This document shows positions 28,923 to 38,445 of a stretch of 48,207 bases of DNA, piece by piece. The stretch's first letter is position 1. Each line of letters starts with the position of its first letter. The position numbers and the translations under genes are program-made. The notes under the pieces were generated by a model. That model worked only from the letters and a program-made list of their open reading frames with translations. It searched no databases and was not told the origin of the DNA. This DNA comes from Promethearchaeota archaeon (GTDB taxonomy: Archaea; Asgardarchaeota; Lokiarchaeia; Sigyniarchaeales; SOKP01), in the NCBI GenBank assembly GCA_048940925.1, contig JBHLOC010000032.1:1-48207 (forward strand), in the 5' to 3' direction.

Positions 28923-29315
28923 TTATGACATTTGTGGATAGCGTTTACTAATTTCCTGCGAATAATACCTAAAAATCTTTACAACTTTTCCTAAATCTGC
29001 GATTTGTCTTGAAGCACCCATCAGAAAAAACCTTCCTGCAACACTAAGTATTATAAATCCATTGTCACCTCTTAAAACGACTTCAAGCATGTTAGTATAT
29101 CCTAGAGCAGCGATCGCATCAGTACCGCTCTGAACGACTACTGCACTTAAGCTTGAAAATAAATCGGGATCAATATTATATCCTGGAATACATGAAAAAG
29201 CTAATCTCAATCCTTCACGAGTAACTAAGGCTAGTGCTTCTAAATCTGAATATTCTGTTATACTCCCTAAGAATTTTGAGAGAGAGGCAGCCTCTTCTGG
29301 TGTGAGATCTGACAC
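28923..29315 (-). CDS. Roadblock/LC7 domain protein
   Basis: EALALVTREGL, FSSLSA, EVVLRGDNGFIILSVAG and LGKV motifs; GTG start. Confidence 0.9.
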   Translation of the reverse strand: MSDLTPEEAASLSKFLGSITEYSDLEALALVTREGLRLAFSCIPGYNIDPDLFSSLSAVVVQSGTDAIAALGYTNMLEVVLRGDNGFIILSVAGRFFLMGASRQIADLGKVVKIFRYYSQEISKRYPQMS

Positions 29316-29517
29316 TTTTAGCAGTTAAGAATTTTTTTTCAATTAATAATAATTAAATAATTTATCCTTAAAAATTTATATTTCTAATTTTGACTCATTA
29401 CTTTAAATCAAGAGCTATCTATTATTATTAAAGATAATAAAAAAAGAAAGGCTTCAAAGTAAGGCCGAACGGCTTATAATTATAAGATAAATAAAATAAA
29501 ATTGAAATAATGTAATT

Positions 29518-30345
29518 TTAAGTGCTTCCTAACTGTTCTTTGATTTGCTCTTTTAAAATTTCTCTTTTAGATTTACTTTCCACGGGCTTTGTTGTTGTAC
29601 CTGTGCGTTTAAGAAACTCAATAGCTAAAATTTTACCATTTTCACTAAAGATTCTAGGACTATAATCAGCTGCGAAGAAGATTCCTTCGGGAATTGCGCC
29701 CACCTTCGAGATTTCTTTCGTAACTTCTTTTTTACCAAGAAATTGTTGAACTTTCTCTACAACTGAATATGCCTGATTTCCAATTATAATTAATTCTCTT
29801 TCAAATCCTTCTGGCATCTGAATTTCTTCAAGTTTTGACATAACTTCCTGAAAATTAACTGGGGTTTCTTCTGGCATGTAGGTTCCCATTGATGCTTCTC
29901 CTCTATATAACGGACCTATGTTTTCAGCTTCTCGATCTCTGCTTCCTGCTATATTCATACCTTCTGCTGGCTCTGGAGTTCCAAAAATATTTCTTTGTCT
30001 TAAAGGATGACCAGTGGGAGGAGAGACTGCTTCAGCTTTTATCTCCTGTGCGATACCTGCCTCCGTTTTTCCGCCAATCAACTTTATAAACTCAGCATCT
30101 TCTTCACCCTCATCAAGAGGGATTACACTATAATGCATTCCGACTTGCCCTCGGATTTCTTGAGATCTTTTTGCTCCAATGAATTTTGATCTCACACTAC
30201 TTTTAATCCCTTTCCATAGAAAAACTTTTCTTACATCGTCTGATACAAGAACATAGCATTCTTCAGTTTTTAATAAATCCTTGATTGGGCCTTCAGATGT
30301 GAGCTCTGAAGTCGTCCCATCGGGGTTGATTAAAAATAACTGCAT
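29518..30345 (-). CDS. Gelsolin-domain protein with C-terminal domain X (Asgard 1DGelX-like)
   Basis: Gelsolin repeat LKTEECYVLV...VFLWKG..SS...DEGEEDAEF; flexible linker; second domain PEGFERELIIIGN...PRIFSENGKILAIEFLK. Confidence 0.8.
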   Translation of the reverse strand: MQLFLINPDGTTSELTSEGPIKDLLKTEECYVLVSDDVRKVFLWKGIKSSVRSKFIGAKRSQEIRGQVGMHYSVIPLDEGEEDAEFIKLIGGKTEAGIAQEIKAEAVSPPTGHPLRQRNIFGTPEPAEGMNIAGSRDREAENIGPLYRGEASMGTYMPEETPVNFQEVMSKLEEIQMPEGFERELIIIGNQAYSVVEKVQQFLGKKEVTKEISKVGAIPEGIFFAADYSPRIFSENGKILAIEFLKRTGTTTKPVESKSKREILKEQIKEQLGST

Positions 30346-30560
30346 AATTCGTTTGATCTCCTTGATTGAATTTTAGTTTTGGGTTAGTTGAGTTATAATA
30401 TTTGAATATTCTATTTTAATAAATTTTAAACCTCAACAATTAATATGATAACTAGTTTAATAATATAATAAATTAAAAATTAATAAATCTTTATCAATTA
30501 ATTTATTCTCGTTCTGACATCTCTTATATGAGTATCTATAAATATATAATTTTTGTAAAG

Positions 30561-32126
30561 CTAAAAGTTAAATATACTTTTAATTGTTTCATTAATACTA
30601 TAAATCATTTCTAAAGGTGTAAAGCGAGGACCTATATTATCTTTGCAATATTCACCAAGTACGCCATTTAGAAAGGCTGCAGAGCATGCCGATTTGAAAG
30701 AGTCATTCTTAGTTGCCATAAAGCTAGCACATAAACCCGCTAATACGTCACCTGTTCCTCCTATACTCATTTCTGGACATCCAGTTCTATTGATTTTTAA
30801 CAATTTACCATCTGAAATATAATCATATGGACCCTTTACTAATAATGTTGCATCTAACTTCTTTGCCAAATCACGGATAATCTTTCCACGTTCCTCAATA
30901 TTACCATATGGAGGTAAATCTATATCAGTCATGATTTTTAGTTCTCCTTCATGAGGAGTTAAGATAACCTGTAAACCTTTAAGAAGGTCAAGATGATCCT
31001 TCACTAACTTTAAAGCATCTGCGTCTAAAACCAATGATTTATTTTCGTCTTTTACCTTTTCCAACAATTTAACCAATAAATCTTCGGTTTCTTTTTCTAA
31101 ACCGATACCTGGTCCAATCAAAATAGTATCTGCCCATTCTATTAACCTACAGATCTCTTTTAATGCTTCAAGGTTTAACCAATCTCCAGGACTTGTTCTT
31201 ACAATCATATTGGGTGAAAAATTTCTGATAACATCTCCCACTACATCAGGAGTATATGTAATCACCAGATCAATGCCAAAATTAATTGCGGTCATAGATG
31301 AATAAGCAGGAGCTCCAGAGTAATTCTTTGATCCCCCAATGATTAATATTCTTCCAAATTCTCCTTTATGATTATCTATATTTCTTATTTTTAAAGTCGG
31401 TAATAAATCTCCTGTCCCAACAAAAAGATTTGCTTCATAAGGGATTCCAATGGATCTAACAACAATTTCATTTATATACTCACTTTTTATATCTAAACCT
31501 TTTTTTATTCGATGAAGTGATATGACTAAATCTGCTTTAATGGCCTTATGAAGAACTTCTCCTGTATTTGGATTAATTCCAGAAGGTAAATCAATTGATA
31601 CAACCTCAATCTTCTTTTCTTCTCTTATTTTATTTATTATGTCTATCGCTGTAGAAATTGGTTCTCTAATATTCCCTACTATTCCCGTTCCTAGCAAACC
31701 ATCAACAATTAAACTCAAACTTTTTATGTCTTTATTTAATAATTTAATCTTCGCAAAATCCGTAGAATCAGATATTACTACTGTTTCCACCAAATAATTC
31801 ACTTTATTGTTAATTATCTCCCAATTAAACCGAGAAGCATCTGTTCTTATTTTTTCTGGAACACCAACAAGAATGACTAACGTTCTAACGTTAAATGCCG
31901 CTAACTGTCTTGCAACTACAAAACCATCTCCACCATTATTACCTGTACCGCAAAAAATGGCAACAGTAGATTTTTTACTGAAACTATACCTTTTTATAAT
32001 CTCATCAGCTATAGAATACCCCGCACACTCCATTAGGTGGATTAATGGAATCCCTAACCATTGAGCATTATTGTCTGCAATTGCAACATCTTCCGATGTA
32101 ACTCTTTCTGAATTAAATGGATTCAT
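30561..32126 (-). CDS. nnr: Bifunctional NAD(P)H-hydrate epimerase/dehydratase
   Basis: LMECAG, CGTGNNGGDG, DGLLGTG, SIDLPSG, HKGEFG, GPGIG, LDADAL, LTPHEGE, GGTGDVLAG; start set at ATG 32126. Confidence 0.95.
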   Translation of the reverse strand: MNPFNSERVTSEDVAIADNNAQWLGIPLIHLMECAGYSIADEIIKRYSFSKKSTVAIFCGTGNNGGDGFVVARQLAAFNVRTLVILVGVPEKIRTDASRFNWEIINNKVNYLVETVVISDSTDFAKIKLLNKDIKSLSLIVDGLLGTGIVGNIREPISTAIDIINKIREEKKIEVVSIDLPSGINPNTGEVLHKAIKADLVISLHRIKKGLDIKSEYINEIVVRSIGIPYEANLFVGTGDLLPTLKIRNIDNHKGEFGRILIIGGSKNYSGAPAYSSMTAINFGIDLVITYTPDVVGDVIRNFSPNMIVRTSPGDWLNLEALKEICRLIEWADTILIGPGIGLEKETEDLLVKLLEKVKDENKSLVLDADALKLVKDHLDLLKGLQVILTPHEGELKIMTDIDLPPYGNIEERGKIIRDLAKKLDATLLVKGPYDYISDGKLLKINRTGCPEMSIGGTGDVLAGLCASFMATKNDSFKSACSAAFLNGVLGEYCKDNIGPRFTPLEMIYSINETIKSIFNF

Positions 32127-32285
32127 AACAATTATTTTTAAGGTATAGATATAAAAAAATTTTGAGTTTAAAAATATCAAAAAAAAACTGAAAGATGAGA
32201 AAGGTAAAAAATGGAAAAGTTATAAATTAAAAAACTACAAAATAAATCTAAAAAACAATATTATAGAATAATTCAAGTAAATAAT

Positions 32286-33533
32286 ATGGATCTGGTAAAA
32301 GAAGATATTGTTGAAGCAAAAGAAAGGTTAAAAGCATGGTGGGATCATGAAATCATTGATCGCCCTGTTATTTCATACTACCTTCCGCGAGAAGGAGGTT
32401 CAATCACAGGACTTATTGATATTTTTGGATTTAATTGGGATTTAGCTAAAAATCCAGATGAAATCAAGCAGACTATAGATAATTTTGAAGAAAGAATACC
32501 TGATTTAGTTTTTGGAGCAGAGAGTATTCCTTCTTTTTTTCCAAACTATGGAGCTGGAATTATGGCAGCAGTTTTTGGCGTTACACCAAAGTACCAAACC
32601 CGCACGGTGTGGTTTAACCGTCCTACTTCTCCTGATGATATTGTCTCTCTTCTTGAAAGTGTTAAATTGAATAGCGACAATCCATGGTATTCACGATTGC
32701 TCCACATAACTGAATATGCAGCAAAACATTCTGAAGGTAAGTATCAAGTATCAATGACAGATTTAGGTGGAATTTTAGACATTTTATCTTCTTTTTTAGG
32801 ACCCAAAAACATTATCCTCACAATGAAACGACGACCTGTTATCATAGATACTTGTCGTGCGATAATTTTAGAGAAGACTCTCAATGTATATGATGATCTT
32901 CAAAATATAATCGAAAAATATAATGATGGATGTAATGCCTGGCTTAATGTGTGGAGTGAAAAAAGATGGTATCCGATTCAGTGTGATTTCAGTGCAATGC
33001 TTAATCCTAAATGGTTTAAAAGATTTGCATTACCAGATATTATTGCTCAAGCAGCTCATATGGACTATTCAATCTATCATTTAGATGGCCCTTTAGCAAT
33101 CCCTCATTTGGATGATATATTGTCAATTCCAGAACTTACAGGAATACAATGGGTGCCTGGAGATGGTCGAGAGCCAATGGGACATGAAAAATGGTATCCG
33201 CTCTATAAGAAGATTCAAAAAGCGGGTAAAAATATTGTTAATACTGTAACACCTAGCCATATTTCTCATATGTATCGAAATTTCGATCCAAAGGGATTAT
33301 ATATTCGGACTATATTTTTTGATGAACACCTTGCCCAATTCTATTTACCAGACTTTATAGGGGGTGATGGGGGTGAAATTATAGAAAAAGCTATCAATTG
33401 GGCGAAACAAAAAGGTTTGAATCGAATTTCAAAAATAGCATTCGAAAATTTCCTACAAGAAAGCAATTTAAATCTAAAAAATAGAAATCCGAGGAATTTA
33501 ACTAAGGAAATTAATAGAAAATTAAAAAGATAA
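32286..33533 (+). CDS. Uroporphyrinogen-decarboxylase/MtaA-fold protein (corrinoid methyltransferase-like)
   Basis: DRPVI, PNYGAG, TDLGGILD, QCDFSAM, YHLDG, IQWVPG motifs. Confidence 0.7.
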   Translation: MDLVKEDIVEAKERLKAWWDHEIIDRPVISYYLPREGGSITGLIDIFGFNWDLAKNPDEIKQTIDNFEERIPDLVFGAESIPSFFPNYGAGIMAAVFGVTPKYQTRTVWFNRPTSPDDIVSLLESVKLNSDNPWYSRLLHITEYAAKHSEGKYQVSMTDLGGILDILSSFLGPKNIILTMKRRPVIIDTCRAIILEKTLNVYDDLQNIIEKYNDGCNAWLNVWSEKRWYPIQCDFSAMLNPKWFKRFALPDIIAQAAHMDYSIYHLDGPLAIPHLDDILSIPELTGIQWVPGDGREPMGHEKWYPLYKKIQKAGKNIVNTVTPSHISHMYRNFDPKGLYIRTIFFDEHLAQFYLPDFIGGDGGEIIEKAINWAKQKGLNRISKIAFENFLQESNLNLKNRNPRNLTKEINRKLKR

Positions 33534-33577
33534 AATTAAATTGGTAAAAATTATAAGAAATTCATTAGTGATAAAAT

Positions 33578-34390
33578 ATGAATGATGAAATAGACAAATT
33601 CTCAAATTATGGAAAAATTTTTGAGAAATATATAAGGCCTGCGACTTTTCCTCTTGCTATAAAGTTAATAAAAAAATTGAATGAGATACCTGAAGGAACT
33701 AAAAGACCAAATAAAGATTTAAAAATTCAAAATTTTCTCTGCCAGAATTTCAAGATGTCTCGTAGTTATGGGTGGACTATCGCAATATTAAATGAGGATT
33801 GCAGCTGTAAAGTAGCTCGAGGACTATATAAATGGGATCTCCTTAATGAAGAATCAAAAGAATTTTCTGACAAATTTAGTGTAGGGCTTTATGCAAAAGA
33901 TATTGAGACTTCAGAGAAATTTATGGAAAACTTCTATTTTTTACCAGATGATTATATTGGTCTTGTGGTATCTCCCTTAACAAGAACAAAAGTTGTTCCT
34001 GATATAGTTCAAATTTACTGTACACCTGCTCAAGTTATGAGGTTAATTCAGAGTTATTTATATATTGAGGGAGGTGTTATGGAGTTTACCGCTGCTGGGA
34101 GAGTGGGCTCTTGTCATGAAGGTGTGATAAAACCATTTCTTACCAAAAAACCTCAGTTAGTAATGTTAGGAAATGGTGATAGAGTTTGGGGAGGCGCTGA
34201 AGAATCAGAAGTAATGTTTGCAATTCCGAATGGTAAATTGGATGTAATAAAAGAAGGGTTAGAAGCTACTCATAAAGCAGGCTTGAGATATCCAATCCCT
34301 AAATATATGAATTATGAACCAGGTTTTCAATCCGAATTTAAGCTAAGAGCAGAAAAAAGAGCTGGTGGAACAATTATTAAAGAAAAATAG
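33578..34390 (+). CDS. DUF169 family protein
   Basis: PLAIKL, FLCQ, PDIVQIYCTPAQVMRL, SCHEG, LGNGDR, EVMFAIP. Confidence 0.8.
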   Translation: MNDEIDKFSNYGKIFEKYIRPATFPLAIKLIKKLNEIPEGTKRPNKDLKIQNFLCQNFKMSRSYGWTIAILNEDCSCKVARGLYKWDLLNEESKEFSDKFSVGLYAKDIETSEKFMENFYFLPDDYIGLVVSPLTRTKVVPDIVQIYCTPAQVMRLIQSYLYIEGGVMEFTAAGRVGSCHEGVIKPFLTKKPQLVMLGNGDRVWGGAEESEVMFAIPNGKLDVIKEGLEATHKAGLRYPIPKYMNYEPGFQSEFKLRAEKRAGGTIIKEK

Positions 34391-34440
34391 CTTTATTTCA
34401 TTTAAAAAGGAAAAAAAAGTAATTAAAATATAGTTATTAA

Positions 34441-34773
34441 TTATTCTGGCATTAACATGCCGACTAGAGACATCGCATCTACTCCAGAAAGATATGTAAA
34501 TATTTTAAATTTCACTCCTTCAATGTCAAAGTATTCCATATTTACTTTAGAAAGATGTTTCATAAATTCATTATATTTACCCTCTTTTACTTCAGTAATC
34601 GATATCGTTTCTATACCGTCTTCCACAACTCTTGCCGCCATTCTTAATATAGGTTTTTCTAAATCTCTATTTGGAGGTATTCTTTTGGAGACTTCAATGT
34701 ATCTCTCAGCAATTTCTTTCCCTTTACTATATGGAAATGTTGTAATTGAAACCACAATAACCATTTTATCCAC
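34441..34773 (-). CDS. Small hypothetical alpha/beta protein
   Basis: 110-aa ORF with protein-like composition; GTG start. Confidence 0.65.
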   Translation of the reverse strand: MDKMVIVVSITTFPYSKGKEIAERYIEVSKRIPPNRDLEKPILRMAARVVEDGIETISITEVKEGKYNEFMKHLSKVNMEYFDIEGVKFKIFTYLSGVDAMSLVGMLMPE

Positions 34774-34877
34774 CTTCTTTAATTTTTTAATTGAATTCGC
34801 AGTAAATTACATAATTTAGTTATTATATTTAAGGTTTTACAATTTAGTCAAGTTAAATTTAAATTAAAAAAAGTAAA

Positions 34878-34995
34878 TGCCGGTGGGGGGATTCGAGCCC
34901 CCGACCTCCAGATTATGAGTCCAGCACTTTCAGTCTGACCCTTGTTTTCAGAATGAGCGTGTGTCTGGCGCTATAACCAACTAAGCCACACCGGC
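34878..34995 (-). tRNA. tRNA-Met(CAT), elongator type, with 44-nt intron at position 32/33 (34919-34962)
   Basis: Acceptor GCCGGTG/CACCGGC-A; anticodon stem CCAGA/TCTGG; spliced loop CTCATAA; BHB central helix CCAG/CTGG with bulges ACA and ACT; spliced length 74 nt; no encoded CCA. Confidence 0.9.
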
Positions 34996-35010
34996 ATGGT
35001 TTTCCAATAA

Positions 35011-35113
35011 AGCCCCCGGCGGGATTTGAACCCGCGGCCTATAAGTCCTTAAGGATATCTTCCTTACGAATTGCCTTACCAAGGCAACGCTCTACCACCT
35101 AAGCAACGGAGGC
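35011..35113 (-). tRNA. tRNA-Thr(GGT) with ~30-nt insertion/intron at the anticodon stem-variable loop junction (about 35041-35070)
   Basis: Acceptor GCCTCCG/CGGGGGC-T; anticodon arm TTGCC-TTGGTAA-GGCAA; T arm GCGGG-TTCAAAT-CCCGC; removing 30 nt gives a 73-nt cloverleaf. Confidence 0.88.
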
Positions 35114-35268
35114 GTATTTTATAGTTCTAACAAACAAAGTAATTATTATTAAATTAAAAATTTTTTTACCAAATAAATCAAAATTGAAAAAAGGTTAGTT
35201 ATTTTTTTATCATTTATAATTAGAGGCTAACTAATGCAGCTAAAGAAATATAGAATAAGCTACTTAAA

Positions 35269-36084
35269 CTACAATTTCGACGCTTTTAAGGTGAAAAGAA
35301 GAGGAATCTTAGCTTTTTGATTTTTTAATCTATAATATCCATCGGAACCTTTTTCTGAAAAGGCGTATAATTTGTAAGTCGTAAAAGGATATTCATTAAA
35401 GAATTCAATTTTTAACCCTGCTTGTATTAATGAATTGATAATATCTGATAGACTATGATCCCATTCATATTCTTTATGCGGATTCATATGAGCTTTATTT
35501 GATGCATAAGATCCTTCGGCAATAAATTCTATTGGTTCTGATCTATGGAAATAATCATATTTTAGTTGTAATTCGTCTGGATGTTCATTATCAAACATTT
35601 TTGAGACGGGGTGTCCTTCTGCAATATAGAAGAATCCTCCTGATTTTAAGAATTGAGCGATAATTTCAGCCCATTTCTTGAGATCATTAAGCCAGCACAA
35701 AACCCCTATAGAAGTATATATTATATCAAATTTCTCAGAAAGCACTTTGGGTAAATCATAGAGGTTTGTTTGGATAAACTTTCCTATAAGATTGGTTTTG
35801 CCAGCTAATACTTTTGCCAACCTTATAGCTTCACCTGAAAAATCAATACCAGTCACAATTGCCCCCTCTCGGGCCCAAGAAAGAGTGTCTAATCCAAAAT
35901 GACATTGAAGATGTAATAACTTCTTACCCTTAACATTACCTATTTCTTTTAGTTCAAATTGTCTTAATGAAGTCTTTCCTTCAAGAAATGCCTTTACACT
36001 ATAAAATTCATTTTCAATTTGAAAATGTTCTTTCGCAAATTCATCCCACAACTTCTGATTTGCTTTAAAATATTTTTCTTCCAT
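35269..36084 (-). CDS. Class I SAM-dependent methyltransferase
   Basis: LLHLQCHFGLDT, VTGIDFS, FDIIYTSIG, LKSGGFFY. Confidence 0.92.
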   Translation of the reverse strand: MEEKYFKANQKLWDEFAKEHFQIENEFYSVKAFLEGKTSLRQFELKEIGNVKGKKLLHLQCHFGLDTLSWAREGAIVTGIDFSGEAIRLAKVLAGKTNLIGKFIQTNLYDLPKVLSEKFDIIYTSIGVLCWLNDLKKWAEIIAQFLKSGGFFYIAEGHPVSKMFDNEHPDELQLKYDYFHRSEPIEFIAEGSYASNKAHMNPHKEYEWDHSLSDIINSLIQAGLKIEFFNEYPFTTYKLYAFSEKGSDGYYRLKNQKAKIPLLFTLKASKL

Positions 36085-36151
36085 TTTTTACACTTCATAT
36101 AATCAATGAAGTTAAATAAAAAAGAATGAGAAGTTATTTTTATTTTTGGGT

Positions 36152-36835
36152 TTATAACAGAGCTGTAAAATAAAATCCTAATGTAATATAGAATTGAGCC
36201 ATAATATAAGTGGTCATAATGATAAGTCTTGCGTGGGTGACCTCCACATCCCATTTATTTACTGCTATTATAGAATCAGAAAATAAAAAAGAAATCGAAC
36301 CGATATAAACTAAAATAAATGGTAAACCTTGAAGCCTTGGATCTGCTAAACGTAATAGAGCTGCTACATGCATTAAAAATATTGCAGTAATATATACTAC
36401 AACTGGGATCTTCATGTCTCCTGTTTTGTTAATAAACCTTGGGACCGTAAAAACGAGTATTAAAATTGCAGGACCTAGCAAGAATAATCCCCATGAATCA
36501 AATGCTGAGTATTCTCTTATAGATACGAAGAACGAAATAATATAGAATATCTGGTTAATCAAAAAAGAACCCATGCCAAATAAGAACCATTTATCTTGAT
36601 CCTCAAGCATTAAGAAGATATCTCCTGCACATCCACCTAATAACGCAATAATAATGAACCAGTTAACTCTAGCTATTGACGCATTCTCGATAACTCCAAA
36701 AGTATAAAATAAAATCAACAAGGGCATTAATAGTGGTTTAGTACAGTATTCAATTTTTTTGTTATCCTTAAATTCACCAAATATTTCTACTATAGCAATT
36801 ATAAAGAATAGAACTAAGAAGATGTATTCAATCAT
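36152..36835 (-). CDS. YhhN/lysoplasmalogenase family membrane protein
   Basis: TKPLLMP, AGDIFL, FLFGMGSF, FLFSDSIIA, TTYIMAQ; about 8 TM helices. Confidence 0.88.
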   Translation of the reverse strand: MIEYIFLVLFFIIAIVEIFGEFKDNKKIEYCTKPLLMPLLILFYTFGVIENASIARVNWFIIIALLGGCAGDIFLMLEDQDKWFLFGMGSFLINQIFYIISFFVSIREYSAFDSWGLFLLGPAILILVFTVPRFINKTGDMKIPVVVYITAIFLMHVAALLRLADPRLQGLPFILVYIGSISFLFSDSIIAVNKWDVEVTHARLIIMTTYIMAQFYITLGFYFTALL

Positions 36836-36947
36836 AGTTTTTCAATTAAGAAATGTGTAATTTAGTGTTATCCTATTAATTAATATATAATTAAATAGTT
36901 TTAGTATATTTATTACAGATTTGTGATTCCGCCTTTATTATATTTAG

Positions 36948-37173
36948 ATTCTTTTTTTTTATAATTCTAAGATATACCATCCATTGCGTAATATACATAA
37001 AATATATATTTTAAGCCTGTTTAATATCACTAATCCAATTTTAATTAAAATTCAATATAATATTTGATGTAATTCTTTAAAACAGTTAAGATTTGAAATT
37101 TATAATTTTCTTTTTAAACCTGATTAAGATTAGAAAAATAAGAACATATATTAAATGATATAATTTGAAGATT
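36948..37173 (+). repeat. Intergenic repeat copy 1: block A (36948-37059) then block B (37070-37173)
   Basis: A = attctttttttttataattctaagatataccatcc...ttaattaaaattc; B = taattctttaaaaca.ttaagatt...gaagatt. Confidence 0.85.
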
Positions 37174-37311
37174 TACTAAAAGCTAGAAGAAATATCAAAT
37201 AAATCAGGGCTTTAGTAGAATTTATACTATAAAATTCTACTTTACTATTTAGCAAAAAATATAAACTAGATTGTTATTTTTTATCTTAATTCATCTAAGA
37301 GTGAAATTAAA

Positions 37312-38049
37312 ATGATAAAATTCAAAAAAGTATTTTTACTATATTCAACAGTAATAGGCTTTTTCTTATCTTTAGCATTGATTTCACCAAGTATAGCACA
37401 ACCAAATGACATAGAATGGAGTATAAAAGAAGGAGATTCCTATACATGGATTGTAAAATCTAGTGAACCTGATTCTGGATTTCCTCCGGTGAATTCTAAA
37501 TTTACTATTAATGTAGCTTATATACAATATTTCGCACCCTCTACAAAAGGTAATGCTTCAAGAATATACGCCACAATCACATATTATGATCCAACTGATA
37601 AAACAACTTATACAAATTTGGATAATTCTACTTTTACCTTTTTTAATCATACATATACTTACTCGCATAACGTAAGCTTCTATTCAGCAAATGTAAAATA
37701 TCATGGATTTTTTGCACCCCTTACTTATGGATTTGAATATGAAGATGGTCTCAGTAATTGGTTTTCTGATCATGGATCTACTGGGAGTGGTTCTACATTG
37801 AAACAATCGGGTGAATTATTATACTTTTCGGCAAGAGAAGGGTCAACTAATTTTACATACGCCTGGAATTTCAAGAATTGTATCTCTTATAGACTTAGAG
37901 TTCATGATGTTGAAGATAATACATTGTATTTAGTATTATTAGAGGGTTATACTGATGAACATGCTATCTCTTACGGAATTTTCTTTTTAATTTTTTCGGG
38001 AGTCGCGATTCTTTCACTGATTTATCTGTATATGAAAAAGATTAAGTAA
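37312..38049 (+). CDS. Secreted surface protein with C-terminal membrane anchor (Loki-CTERM-like)
   Basis: Signal peptide; WSIKEGDSYTW; several N-x-S/T sequons; AISYG + TM helix + KKIK. Confidence 0.75.
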   Translation: MIKFKKVFLLYSTVIGFFLSLALISPSIAQPNDIEWSIKEGDSYTWIVKSSEPDSGFPPVNSKFTINVAYIQYFAPSTKGNASRIYATITYYDPTDKTTYTNLDNSTFTFFNHTYTYSHNVSFYSANVKYHGFFAPLTYGFEYEDGLSNWFSDHGSTGSGSTLKQSGELLYFSAREGSTNFTYAWNFKNCISYRLRVHDVEDNTLYLVLLEGYTDEHAISYGIFFLIFSGVAILSLIYLYMKKIK

Positions 38050-38193
38050 ATTTAATTAAAAAAAATTTTTTTTACTTTTTTTCTGTGAATTGTTTTTCCA
38101 TGATAGATTTTAATACTTACTGTATTACTGTTGAATAAAATTCAGAATCTTTCTAAGAGAAGTAAAATTATTTATCAAACTGTGAATTTGAGT

Positions 38194-38418
38194 TAATTCT
38201 TTAAAACACTTAAGATTAAAAATTTTCAATTTTCTTTATAAAACCCGATTAAGGTTAAAAAGATAAGAAAGAATCTAACTTTATCTAAATGATTTTGTTT
38301 GAAGATTATTCTTTTTTTTATAATTCTAAGATATACCATCCCTAGCGTAAAATACGTAAAATATATATTTTAAGCATGTTTAATATCAATAATCCAATTT
38401 TAATTAAAATTCGATATA
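38194..38418 (+). repeat. Intergenic repeat copy 2: block B (38194-38307) then block A (38308-38418)
   Basis: Same two blocks as 36948-37173, same strand, order swapped. Confidence 0.85.
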
Positions 38419-38445
38419 TTAGAAATCCTAAAAGGAGGTTTTAAA

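Noticed and set aside
34457-34819. 120-aa plus-strand ORF
   Set aside because: Antisense to the more protein-like 34441-34773 ORF
34878-34995. Alternative identity as tRNA-Ile2(CAT) or initiator tRNA
   Set aside because: G1-C72 GCCGG acceptor and CCAGA anticodon stem fit elongator Met; lacks the initiator A1-U72 pair and GGG/CCC anticodon stem
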